Assembly (NCBI GenBank): GCA_965248055.1
Contig: CBDFIJ010000004.1
Span: 2,880,001 to 2,944,000 of the forward strand
DNA: 64,000 nt
Source: Candidatus Multivoradales bacterium
GTDB lineage: Bacteria; Acidobacteriota; Thermoanaerobaculia; Multivoradales; JAHEKO01
Direction of reading: 5' to 3'
In this document: positions 47,068 to 56,728 of the stretch, in pieces
How positions within the stretch are numbered: position 1 is the first letter of the stretch
Layout of the letters: every line of letters starts with the position of its first letter
Notes under the pieces: model-generated
What the model was told of the DNA's origin: nothing
The model's database searches: none
The model's input: the letters and a program-made list of their open reading frames with translations, nothing else
Translations under genes and position numbers: made by a program

Positions 47068-48057
47068 TCAAGGAAATGTATGCGTCCATGACATTTGGCA
47101 CTGATCGGTATGTTCAGCTACGTATTGTAGCGGTGGTCTTTGTCGGTGGCTCCAGTGGGGCCTTTCGGCGTTAAACCAGAGCATCCAGTCGAAGAGTTTT
47201 TGGTTGAAAGCTTGGAGGTCAGTGAAGAGCAAGTCTTCGTTGTAGTCAACGAAGACTTGCTCTTGGATGGTTCGATTGAATCTCTCGGCTTGGGCGTTCA
47301 TCTTCGGGCACCTGGGGTAGGTGTACCAGCGTTTGATTCCAGCCTCAGCAGCTTTCTTGTCGAAGGCTCCTTGAAACTCACTACCGTTGTCTGAGAGCAC
47401 GGTAGTAACAGCAAATGGCAAGACATCAAGGCTCAGGTCCAGAAAGCGCGCTGCCGTGCTCGAGGTGTGGGAGTTGGTGGCTATTGCCAGACTCATGCTG
47501 CTGGCGGCATCGGTCAGAGTGATCAAGTACCGGCGTTGGCCATCACAGAATCGCTCGATGGTATCTACTGCCACCCACTGACCAGGCGATCAATCCTTTG
47601 AGGCACCAAGCGCATCTTGTCGGGAGCATCGCCAATGATGCGGCCGATGGTGCTCACCGAGGGGCAGGTAATTCCCCTTACTTCACACCAGGGTTTCAAC
47701 AGCGGATAGATCTTGTCCTTGCCAAGATTGGGCTCTTTGACCCGCAATCGACCGATCTCAGAGACCACCTCAGCTGGCCACTTGCGCCGTCTTCTTTTCT
47801 TCGGAGCTGTTGATTGAGGGTATTAGAGAGCTTAGCTCTCCTTTGCACCTACCAAGACGAGACTTCCAGCGGTACAGAGTCCTCCGGCTGACCGAAAATG
47901 CATCGATCGCTGCATCGATCCCATGCTCCTGCCAGAATCTCAATGCTCGGATACGTTTCTCAGCGCTATCTTGGGTCATGACCCAAGATACCCCTAGATG
48001 ACGAAGATGTCCCAGGCCTTGGAAACGCCCTCTGATCAACCTCATGCTCATCGACAC
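47068..48057 (-). pseudogene. DDE (rve) transposase split over three frames
   Basis: HTH segment (SRRTLYRWK), middle segment (PSVSTIGRII), integrase core (VDT, SDNGSEF, ERFNRTIQE, FN.ERPH); breaks near 47770-47810 and 47575. Confidence 0.85.
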
Positions 48058-48097
48058 TCCTCATTGAACGAGTGCCATTTGTTTCTGAACTTATGCA
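47077..48097 (-). mobile_element. IS481-like insertion sequence (1021 bp), defective
   Basis: Imperfect ~26-bp IRs (TGTATGCGTCC..TGGCACT and TGCATAAGTTC..TGGCACT) and 5-bp direct repeats GGAAA at 47072-47076 and 48098-48102. Confidence 0.8.
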
Positions 48098-48127
48098 GGA
48101 AATGCGGGGAACCCGTTGAGAGGATTT

Positions 48128-49744
48128 CTAGGAGATCAATAATCCGGCGATCGAGGCGGTCAGCCACGATGCGATAGCGCCACCGAACATCGCTTTCAAG
48201 CCGACTTTCGCCAAGTCGCTGCGGCGCTCGGGGGCGATCGCCGACATACCGCCAAGCTGGATGCCGATCGAGGAGAAGTTGGCGAAACCACAGAGGGCAT
48301 AGGTGGCGATAATGACTGCCCGCGGAGAGAGGGCGTCATTTTGGATGTAGCTTCCCAGGGTGCCGTAGGCGACGAACTCGTTGAGCGACAGCTTGATGCC
48401 GAGTAGGTTGCCGACTTTGGCCGCGTCGGCCCAGGGGACGCCCATCAACCAGGCGAGAGGAGCGAGCAGAGTGCCGAACAGGGTTTGCAGCGAGCCAGGG
48501 AAGATGCCCTTGAACTCACCGACAACCGGCGACAAGCCGCCAGAACCGTACTCGATGTACTCACCCGCCATCAGCCGTCCGTCGATCCACTTGTCTGCGA
48601 AGTTGAACATCACGTCGATCACGGCGATCAGAGCGATAAAACCCAACAGCATGGCGCCAACGTTGACCGCCAGTTTAAGACCGTCGGTGATCCCCGAGGC
48701 TGCGGCTTCGATGACGTTGTCGCCGGCATCGATGGTTGGCAGGGTGACATCTCCAGCAGTCTCGGAGTGTTCCTTCTCCGGGTAGATGATCTTGCCGACC
48801 ACCAAGGCTGCTGGAGCAGACATCACACTGGCGGCAATCAGGTGCCCAGCGGGGACTCCCATGCCGATGTATCCCGCCAACACACCGCCGGCGATGGTGG
48901 CAAAGCCACCCACCATGACGGTCAGCAGCTCTGATTTGGTCATTCCCGGCAGAAACGGTCGAATCAGCAATGGTGCTTCGGTCTGGCCGACAAACACGTT
49001 GGCGGAGCAAGAAAGGGTTTCCGCTCCACTGGTGCCGATGGTCCAGCGGACGAATCGACTGATCGACTCGATGACCTTCTGCATCACCCCGAGGTAGTAG
49101 AGAACCGCCATGAAACCGCCGAAAAAGACGATCGTCGGCAACACTTTGAAAGCGAATAAGAAGCCGAATCCGGGCCAGGTATCGGAGCCAGGGAAGTAAT
49201 GCTGTGGGTCGGCGAAGTTGCCGAACAGAAACCGCGCGCCGTAGTCGGATAGGTTCAAGAAACCGGCGACCTTTTCCGACAACACTTTGAAGATGTCCTG
49301 ACCGGTGATGCGATTAACCAACAGGTGGGCGACCCCAATGCTCACCAAGCCACAGGCACCGTAGCGCTGCAAGCTGGCTTGGCGGGTCCAGATCGCGTTC
49401 GCCACCATCACCAACAAAATCAATCCTGCCAGGGGCAGCAGCAAATGTGGCGCTAGGGTTGCCACCAAGGCGGCGACCAAGATGGCTGGAACGGCAGTCG
49501 TAGCCATCGCCAGGGCATCGATCCATTGCTCCCCGGGGCGGGAAATAAACGCCAACATCAGCAGACCAAGGATCACCATTCCGGCAAAGCTCAGAAAGTC
49601 TTGGCGCAGGATAATCAGCGCAAAAAGAAACTGCAGGCCCATGCCCCAGATCACGGTGCGCAAGGGGAAGTCCTTGCGGTGGTAGGACATCGCCCAAGCA
49701 ATGCCGAGTAACGCAATCACTCCGAGTCCGCTAATCAGGTTCAT
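48128..49744 (-). CDS. nupC: NupC/CNT nucleoside transporter with extra N-terminal TM insertion
   Basis: FAFKVLPTIVFF, FVGQTEAPL, GFATIAGG, NEFVAY, CGFANFSS. Confidence 0.9.
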   Translation of the reverse strand: MNLISGLGVIALLGIAWAMSYHRKDFPLRTVIWGMGLQFLFALIILRQDFLSFAGMVILGLLMLAFISRPGEQWIDALAMATTAVPAILVAALVATLAPHLLLPLAGLILLVMVANAIWTRQASLQRYGACGLVSIGVAHLLVNRITGQDIFKVLSEKVAGFLNLSDYGARFLFGNFADPQHYFPGSDTWPGFGFLFAFKVLPTIVFFGGFMAVLYYLGVMQKVIESISRFVRWTIGTSGAETLSCSANVFVGQTEAPLLIRPFLPGMTKSELLTVMVGGFATIAGGVLAGYIGMGVPAGHLIAASVMSAPAALVVGKIIYPEKEHSETAGDVTLPTIDAGDNVIEAAASGITDGLKLAVNVGAMLLGFIALIAVIDVMFNFADKWIDGRLMAGEYIEYGSGGLSPVVGEFKGIFPGSLQTLFGTLLAPLAWLMGVPWADAAKVGNLLGIKLSLNEFVAYGTLGSYIQNDALSPRAVIIATYALCGFANFSSIGIQLGGMSAIAPERRSDLAKVGLKAMFGGAIASWLTASIAGLLIS

Positions 49745-49786
49745 CAGTCCTCCAGCAAAGTTCGGGTTGGATTTAATAGATCGGTG

Positions 49787-50719
49787 TTATCGGGAGCTTT
49801 CAAGAAAACGATAGAACTCGCCGTCCGTTCCAAGGAGCAAGGTGGTCGACTCGTCGACCGTGGATTCGAGGGTTTCCATGCTTTTTAGGAAGGCATAGAA
49901 ACGGCGGGAATCCGCTGACTGGCTGTAAGCGCGGGCGTAGATGTCGGTCGCCTCGGCATCGGCAGCACCAACGAGCTCTTGCGCTTGTCGGTAGGCCTCG
50001 GATTCGATTTCTTTAAGGTCGCGGTCCATCTCACCGAGAATGCGGTTGGCTTCGCCTTGGCCCTCGGAGCGAAAGCGAGCGGCAATCCGTTTGCGCTCGG
50101 CGATCATCCGGTCGTAAACCGTGTGAAGAACCGCTTCGGCGTAGTTGATGCGTTTGAATTGCACGTCCAGAATCTCAATTCCAAGGTCCCCAGTTCTAGC
50201 TTGGGCTTTGGCGAGGATCTCCTGACGGATCTGCTCGCGTCCTATGGTGATGGTTTCGAGGGTGTCGCTGTCCTCCGACTGCGATTCGTCTGCCAGCGGT
50301 TCACGATTGGACAAGCGCACCACTTCCACCAGGTTATGACTGGCGATGACGTTACGGGTTTCGCCGTCCAGGATGTCGTCGAGCCGAGTCTGGGCACCGC
50401 GTTCGTCGCGCAGTCTCTGGAAGTACTTCAGGGGATCGGTAATTCGCCAACGGGCATAGGTATCAACCCAGATAAAAACCTTGTCGCGAGTGGGGAGTTC
50501 GTTGGAATCGCCGTCCCATTCCAAGAAGCGCTTGTCGAAACGATGGACATCCTGAATCAGCGGGATCTTGAATTTGAGTCCAGGCGTGGTGATCGGGACC
50601 CCGACCGGTTCGCCAAATTGGGTGATGATCACCTGTTCCCGCTCATTGACCACAAAGATGGCTCCGCTGAGCACCATCACGGCAATCAAGATCAAAGCGA
50701 TGACAGCGGCGCGGATCAC
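49787..50719 (-). CDS. hflC: FtsH modulator HflC
   Basis: SPFH domain, PGLKFKIP, RMIAER..A..FRSEG. Confidence 0.93.
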   Translation of the reverse strand: MIRAAVIALILIAVMVLSGAIFVVNEREQVIITQFGEPVGVPITTPGLKFKIPLIQDVHRFDKRFLEWDGDSNELPTRDKVFIWVDTYARWRITDPLKYFQRLRDERGAQTRLDDILDGETRNVIASHNLVEVVRLSNREPLADESQSEDSDTLETITIGREQIRQEILAKAQARTGDLGIEILDVQFKRINYAEAVLHTVYDRMIAERKRIAARFRSEGQGEANRILGEMDRDLKEIESEAYRQAQELVGAADAEATDIYARAYSQSADSRRFYAFLKSMETLESTVDESTTLLLGTDGEFYRFLESSR

Positions 50720-51699
50720 TGAGAACCTCCACCCGACAAGCCACTGTCCAAGTTCAGTAAAGGAAGGACGCCCTTGATGTCATCGTCGATCACCAGTTTG
50801 CGCCCGGCCTCGGGTAATACCTTGCCGATGGTCTCCAGGTACATGCGTTTGCGGGTGACTTCGGGTGCGCGGGCGTAGGCCCGGTAGATATCTTCAAAAC
50901 GTGCCGCCTCACCCTTGGAACGGGCGACTCGATCGAGGGCGTAGCCACGGGCTTCCTCGATGGTTCTCTGGGCCTGTCCACGGGCGTTGGGGATTCTTTG
51001 GTTGTAAGCCTCTTGTGCTTGATTGATCAGCGTCTCCCGCTCCTGTTCGGCTTCGTTGACCTCATTAAACGAAGCCTTAACTTCGTCCGGAGGATTGACG
51101 TCTTGCAGCACCACTTGCTCGATCTTGATGCCTGTTTCGTATTGGTCAGCGGTTGCTTGCAAACGCTGCTCAACCGAGTCGGCTATCTCCTGGCGACCGA
51201 TGGTGACAACTTCGTTGACGGTGCGGTCGCCCACCACTTCGCGCATCACCGCCTCCGACAGGTCGCGCAAGGTGTCCTCCACGTTGCGCACGCGGAATAA
51301 ATAACGCTCGGGGTCGACAATGCGGTATTGCACCACCCACTCAACCACAGCCGCATTCAAATCGCCGGTGAGCATCAAGGCTTCGTCTGGAGCTCCCCTG
51401 AACTGGCTGCGAACACCGGCTTCCACGGTACGGAAGCCAAACTCTTGTTTTAATAACCGCTGGACCGGAACCCGGATGACGCGGTCGATGCCGAAGGGGA
51501 TCTTGAAATGGAGTCCTGGATCAGTGGTGTCGACGAAGCGTCCAAAGCGCATCACCACGCCGACTTCTTCGGGTTCCACGGTGTAGAAACTGGTAAACGC
51601 CAGCATCAAGGCCAAGGCAATACCAAACAGCAATGGAGCGCGGTTACCCAATTTGGGCAGCTTGGGGAATTCAGTGGGCCAATCGATTACTTGTGCCAT
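50716..51699 (-). CDS. hflK: FtsH modulator HflK
   Basis: MLTGDLN, VNPPDEVKASF, APEVTRKRMYLET. Confidence 0.93.
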   Translation of the reverse strand: MAQVIDWPTEFPKLPKLGNRAPLLFGIALALMLAFTSFYTVEPEEVGVVMRFGRFVDTTDPGLHFKIPFGIDRVIRVPVQRLLKQEFGFRTVEAGVRSQFRGAPDEALMLTGDLNAAVVEWVVQYRIVDPERYLFRVRNVEDTLRDLSEAVMREVVGDRTVNEVVTIGRQEIADSVEQRLQATADQYETGIKIEQVVLQDVNPPDEVKASFNEVNEAEQERETLINQAQEAYNQRIPNARGQAQRTIEEARGYALDRVARSKGEAARFEDIYRAYARAPEVTRKRMYLETIGKVLPEAGRKLVIDDDIKGVLPLLNLDSGLSGGGSQ

Positions 51700-51856
51700 A
51701 AGAATGCGTTCCGAACCGGCAGGGTATCCGACTCCAGGGTGGAAGGAAAGGCCATTGTCCGATTGTCGCGGATTTGGAGCCTCCAGGATGGTGAGGCAAC
51801 CCGCTTGGGTGATAGATCAAACGTCAATCAGCGACGATCGTTGATAGCCTCTGGCT

Positions 51857-52375
51857 ATGTCCAGTGAGCACTCGAAACCCGACCTTTCCTCCTCCCAGGC
51901 GTTTTCGCACGTCAAGGAGGGAGGAGAAGTGTCGATGGTGGATGTTTCCGCCAAGGTTGAGACCTTGAGGGTCGCGGAAGCATCGTGCCGCGTCAGCATG
52001 ACCAGCGAGACCGCCGCTCGGCTGGCGGAACTGCCCAAAGGGGACGCCCTAGCGACCGCTCGAATTGCCGGTATCCAGGCGGCGAAGCGCACCCCGGAGT
52101 GGATTCCACTCGCCCATCCGTTGTTGCTGGACCATGTAGAGATCGATTTGAGCCCCGATGAACAGGGTGTCTCGGTGCGCAGCCGCGTGGTGGTGCGCGG
52201 TCCCACCGGGGCTGAGATGGAAGCGTTGACCGCCTGCGCCGCCGCAGCCTTGACCCTCTACGACATGGTTAAGGCGGTGGAGCGCTCGGCGGAGATCACC
52301 GATCTGCGCCTGGAAGCCAAGTCTGGCGGCAAGAGCGGCGACTATCGTCGGTCGCAAAAACGATCGGCTTCGTAG
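51857..52375 (+). CDS. moaC: Cyclic pyranopterin monophosphate synthase
   Basis: MVDVSAK, KGDAL..ARIAGI.AAK, IPLAH, TGAEMEAL, YDM.KAV, KSGGKSG. Confidence 0.95.
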   Translation: MSSEHSKPDLSSSQAFSHVKEGGEVSMVDVSAKVETLRVAEASCRVSMTSETAARLAELPKGDALATARIAGIQAAKRTPEWIPLAHPLLLDHVEIDLSPDEQGVSVRSRVVVRGPTGAEMEALTACAAAALTLYDMVKAVERSAEITDLRLEAKSGGKSGDYRRSQKRSAS

Positions 52376-52377
52376 CC

Positions 52378-53571
52378 ATGAGGTTGACCACAGGACTGGA
52401 CCGCCTGCTCGTGGATCCTTCAGAGCTTGCCGGTCGTCGATTCGGATTGTTGTCGCAACAAGCGGTCGTCGATGGGCAACTGCGACCGGCCCATTTGACC
52501 TTAACCGCAGCCGGCCATCCACCCAGCCGTTTGTTCGCTCCTGAGCACGGCTATTACGGAGTCGAGCAGGACATGGTGGCGGCCAATCAGAACCTCGATC
52601 CATTGACCGACATTCCGATCGTCTCGCTCTATGGCGACGATCAAGATTCGCTGCACCCAGTGCCCGAAGCTTTCGAGGGTCTCGATTTGTTGATCGTCGA
52701 TCTGCAGGACATCGGCAGCCGCTACTACACCTACCCGGCGACCGCAGTGTGGGCGACCTCGGTAGCGCGCCAAGCGGGTTGTGAAGTATGGATTTTGGAT
52801 CGCCCCAATCCGTTGGGTGGAATGAAGGTGGAGGGAAACCGGCGCGGCGAAGGGTTTGCATCTTTTGTCGGTGCGTTCGAGCATCCAGTGTGCCACGGAC
52901 TCACCTTGGCTGAGTTGGTGCTGCTGGAGCTTGGGCTGGATCCGGGAAACGCCAAAGCAAACGCGGTGCGGGTCTGGGCGATGGAGGGTTGGTCACGGGC
53001 TCAGACCTGGCCCGACCTCGAACGATCTTGGGTCGCTCCTTCGCCCAACATGCCGAGCTATGAAACGGCGGTGATCTACCCAGGGCTTTGCTTGTTAGAG
53101 GCCACCGAACTGTCTGAAGGGCGCGGAACCACCCGACCGTTTCACCTGGTTGGTTCTCCCCGAGTCGATCCCTTGGTGTTGGCGGAAGCTTTGACGGCGA
53201 TGCCGACTCCGGGGCTGTCGTTTATCCCGACCTACTTTCGCCCTCAGTTTCAGAAGCACGCTGGTGCGGTGTGTGGAGGAGTGGAGATCGTCGTCACCGA
53301 CGCGGCCAAGGTCGAGGCCTATCGCTTTGGGTTGGAGCTGTTGAGGATCTTGCGGCGGCAGCTCGGTGGGGAGTTTGGTTGGCGCCAGGCGCCCTACGAA
53401 TTTGTCTCTGATCGTCCGGCGATCGATTTGCTGACTGGCGGGTCGACGGTCCGCCAAGCGATTGATACCGGCGACGACACGTTACTGGCGAGTTGGTGCG
53501 CGGAATTTAGTGTTCAAGAAGCAGCATTTCGCACCCACAGAGAGCCTTGTCTGCTGTACTCTGAGGACTGA
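52378..53571 (+). CDS. Exo-beta-N-acetylmuramidase NamZ (DUF1343)
   Basis: FAPEHG, SLYG, DLQDIGSRYYTY, LDRPNP, PSPNMP, SEGRGTTRPF. Confidence 0.92.
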   Translation: MRLTTGLDRLLVDPSELAGRRFGLLSQQAVVDGQLRPAHLTLTAAGHPPSRLFAPEHGYYGVEQDMVAANQNLDPLTDIPIVSLYGDDQDSLHPVPEAFEGLDLLIVDLQDIGSRYYTYPATAVWATSVARQAGCEVWILDRPNPLGGMKVEGNRRGEGFASFVGAFEHPVCHGLTLAELVLLELGLDPGNAKANAVRVWAMEGWSRAQTWPDLERSWVAPSPNMPSYETAVIYPGLCLLEATELSEGRGTTRPFHLVGSPRVDPLVLAEALTAMPTPGLSFIPTYFRPQFQKHAGAVCGGVEIVVTDAAKVEAYRFGLELLRILRRQLGGEFGWRQAPYEFVSDRPAIDLLTGGSTVRQAIDTGDDTLLASWCAEFSVQEAAFRTHREPCLLYSED

Positions 53572-53605
53572 TGACGAAGGCATATTGGAAGGGTCTAGAT
53601 CTGCC

Positions 53606-53923
53606 ATGAAAGCGCCTCGAATTATCCTTGTTGAGGGCACCCTTGAGCAATATTCTGAGATGGTGCAGAAGGAATCCGCTGCTGGAAGAAGAGTTGGTTG
53701 GTTGGATATGAACGCTGCCACAGCGCTCCCGGAACGGTTCGACCGAGCGGGTTCAATCGGAGTCTTTCGCGCGGTCGAAGTCGGGGCTACGGCAACCCTT
53801 TCCTGCAAACCAAGGAAGGGCTCGGTGGTTCTCAAAGATCTGCTTCGCGAGCACTTTCTCGGATGCTCGGTGGTCCTGGTGCGAGGCTATGACCAGGCTC
53901 CTGAACTGGCAGATTCAAACTGA
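53606..53923 (+). CDS. Small hypothetical protein, degenerate MobB-like
   Basis: DLLREHFLGCSVVLVRGY resembles MobB D.VLVEGF; no Walker A; in the moaC transcription unit. Confidence 0.45.
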   Translation: MKAPRIILVEGTLEQYSEMVQKESAAGRRVGWLDMNAATALPERFDRAGSIGVFRAVEVGATATLSCKPRKGSVVLKDLLREHFLGCSVVLVRGYDQAPELADSN

Positions 53924-53984
53924 AACACGAAACTCATTCAAATCAAGAAAACCCAGGCCCGAGAATTGAGAACCGATATTCAAC

Positions 53985-55139
53985 ATGCGTGAAGAAATTC
54001 GTTTTTTTCTGCCCGGACCGACCTACGTACTCAAAGAAGTACGGCAGGCAATGACCCAAGATCTCTTGGGGCACAGGGCTCCGGCGTTTGCTGAGATTTA
54101 CCACAGTTTGTCGCCGCGACTCAAGCAGGTTTTTCGCACTCAACGCGAGGTACTGACCGCGACCGGAAGTTCGACCCTGATTATGCAGTCCGCTTTGTCT
54201 TCGACGGTCCGGCGCAAGTCGTTGCATTTGACCAACGGCGCGTTCTCCGAACGCTGGCTGGCGATGGGGCAGTCCCTGGGGCTGGAGGCCGAAGAGCTGG
54301 CCTTTCCCTGGGGCCAAGCAGTGGATCCTGACGTGCTTCGCGCGACTTTGCGCCGGGACCAGTTTGAAGCGGTGACGGTGGTTCATAACGAAACCTCCAC
54401 CGGGGTGGAAAACCCATTGGCGGAAATCGCCCGGGTGGTACACGAAGAAAGCGAGGCTCTGGTTTTAGTGGACACGGTTTCGTCGATGGCAGGAGCCCAA
54501 GTCGAGACCGACGCGTGGGATCTGGACATCGTGCTTTCGGGCAGCCAGAAAGCGCTGGCGATGCCGCCAGGCCTGGTGTTTTTCACTCTCTCACAGCGCG
54601 CCGAACGACAGGCCGACACGATCGAGCACCGTGGTTTCTACACCGATATCCTGCGCTATCGCGACAAGCACGCTGCTGGGGGCACCATCACCACTCCGGC
54701 GATGTCGATCGTATTTGCCGCCGATCGACAGCTCGACGTGATTCTGGAAGAAGGAATGGAGAACCGTTGGCAGCGGCATCGTGACCTGCGCGATCGTACC
54801 CATCAGTGGGCTGCTGTGCGTGGCATGAACATCTCAGCGGCCGAAGGGGCGCGCTCGATGACCGTGACCTCCTTTCAACTGCGCCAGCCGGGGACGGGGC
54901 CGGATGTGGTGTCGGGTCTGAGTGCCCGTGGCTACACCGTCGGCTCGGGCTACGGTAAATGGAAGCCGGATTGCTTTCGCATCGGTCACATGTCTGAGGT
55001 ACGGATGGAAGATCTCGATCAGCTGCTGATGGTGGTCGACGCAGTGATTGAAGGTGCCGTGATCGAAGGCCCAGAGATAGTAGGCGCTGAGATGGAGGGC
55101 GCAGCGATGCAAGATGCAACATCGAGGGCGCGAGCATGA
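53985..55139 (+). CDS. Class V PLP aminotransferase (probably phosphoserine/serine aminotransferase)
   Basis: PGPT, HNETSTGV, DTVSS, GSQKALAMPPG, FRIGHM; coupled to serA. Confidence 0.9.
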   Translation: MREEIRFFLPGPTYVLKEVRQAMTQDLLGHRAPAFAEIYHSLSPRLKQVFRTQREVLTATGSSTLIMQSALSSTVRRKSLHLTNGAFSERWLAMGQSLGLEAEELAFPWGQAVDPDVLRATLRRDQFEAVTVVHNETSTGVENPLAEIARVVHEESEALVLVDTVSSMAGAQVETDAWDLDIVLSGSQKALAMPPGLVFFTLSQRAERQADTIEHRGFYTDILRYRDKHAAGGTITTPAMSIVFAADRQLDVILEEGMENRWQRHRDLRDRTHQWAAVRGMNISAAEGARSMTVTSFQLRQPGTGPDVVSGLSARGYTVGSGYGKWKPDCFRIGHMSEVRMEDLDQLLMVVDAVIEGAVIEGPEIVGAEMEGAAMQDATSRARA

Positions 55140-56728
55140 GCGAAGGGATTCGCCACCGTGTCTTGCTTGCCGATCCGCTGGCCGAAGAGGGGCTTGAAGC
55201 TCTGCGCACTGCGGATCTGGACTTGGTGCAACTGCAGGATCAAGACCGGCCCCAATTGGCCGAACTACTCCAGGGCTTTGATGCCGTGGTAGTGCGCAGC
55301 CGCACCAAGCTGACTCGGGAGCACCTGCAGCGGGCGGGCCGTCTCAAGGTGATCGCCCGGGCTGGCGTCGGCATCGACAATATCGACATCGCGGCTGCCA
55401 CCGAGCGCGGGATTTTGGTGATCAATGCGCCCACCGCCAACTTACTTTCGGCCACCGAACACACTCTTGCTTTGATCCTCGGCTTGGTGCGCAATATCGC
55501 GGCGGCGGATGCCTCGATGAAACGCGGCGCGTGGGATCGCAAGGGCTATGTCGGGATCGAACTGAAGGGCAAGACGCTAGGGGTGGTCGGTTTCGGTCGT
55601 ATCGGTCAGGGGGTGGCTTCCCGAGCTCAGGCTTTTGGCATGGAGATCGTCGCTTACGATCCTTTCTTGGACGCTGCGGTTGGCGAACGGTTGGGAGTTC
55701 GCCTGGCCGAAATGGATCAAGTGCTGGAGCTGGCAGATATCGTGACCGTACACGTACCTCTCACCGACGCTACCCGCGGGTTGATCGGCAAACCACAGTT
55801 GGCTTCTATGAAGTCCGGGGCAATGCTGGTGAACTGTGCGCGCGGAGGCATTGTCGATGAACTGGAGCTGGTCGCAGCCTTGGATTCCGGGCATTTGGCC
55901 GGGGCGGCGCTCGACGTGTTCGCGGTTGAGCCCCCCGAGTCCCCCGAACTGACCACTCACTCCAAAGTACTGACCACGCCTCACATTGGGGCCCAGACCG
56001 CTGAGGCTCAAGAGCGCATTGCCCAGCAGACCGCGGAGATGTTGCTCGCTGCTCTCGATGGTTCGTTGGCGGTGACCGCAGTGAATTTGCCATTTCGTCC
56101 GGCGGGTCCTCAAGGGGAACCGTTTTTGCGCTTGGCTGAGCGCTTAGGCAGCTTGGCTTTGGCGATGCTCAATCGACCAGTACAGCGGCTACAGGTTGAT
56201 CTTTGGGGGATCGACGATGCGCTCAGGGTACCGGTGACGGTGGCGGCGCTGAAAGGCGTGTTGACGGCGATCCTGGGCGGGGCCGTCAACTATGTCAACG
56301 CCGAGAGAATCGCCAACAGTCGCGGCATTGAAGTGGTCCGCGCGACCCATAGCGAGGGCGCGGAGTATCCGCACTTGGTAGGGGTGAGCTTGGCTGGCGA
56401 TGACCGGTCGGTCGATCTACGCGGCACCGTCTTGGCCGATGGTCGCCCGCGGGTGGTGGCGGTCGATGGATTCCAGCTTGAATTTCGACCCCAAGGCAAA
56501 TTGTTGGTGCTCGCCAACTACGATGTGCCGGGCGTGGTGGGCAAAATCGGCGTCTTGCTAGGTCGAGCTGGTGTCAACATTGCCGATATTCATCTGGCTC
56601 GCCGCAACGACGAGGGAGCACGGGCGGTGATCCGGGTCGATCAGACCCCTTCACCCGCAACCTTGGCTGAGTTGGCGGCGCTTGCGGAAGTACGATCGGT
56701 GGAACTGGTGGAGATGGACCTGGAATAA
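55136..56728 (+). CDS. serA: D-3-phosphoglycerate dehydrogenase (type I, ASB and ACT domains)
   Basis: RAGVGIDNID, GFGRIG, NCARGG, PHIGA, D.PGVVG ACT domain. Confidence 0.95.
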   Translation: MSEGIRHRVLLADPLAEEGLEALRTADLDLVQLQDQDRPQLAELLQGFDAVVVRSRTKLTREHLQRAGRLKVIARAGVGIDNIDIAAATERGILVINAPTANLLSATEHTLALILGLVRNIAAADASMKRGAWDRKGYVGIELKGKTLGVVGFGRIGQGVASRAQAFGMEIVAYDPFLDAAVGERLGVRLAEMDQVLELADIVTVHVPLTDATRGLIGKPQLASMKSGAMLVNCARGGIVDELELVAALDSGHLAGAALDVFAVEPPESPELTTHSKVLTTPHIGAQTAEAQERIAQQTAEMLLAALDGSLAVTAVNLPFRPAGPQGEPFLRLAERLGSLALAMLNRPVQRLQVDLWGIDDALRVPVTVAALKGVLTAILGGAVNYVNAERIANSRGIEVVRATHSEGAEYPHLVGVSLAGDDRSVDLRGTVLADGRPRVVAVDGFQLEFRPQGKLLVLANYDVPGVVGKIGVLLGRAGVNIADIHLARRNDEGARAVIRVDQTPSPATLAELAALAEVRSVELVEMDLE

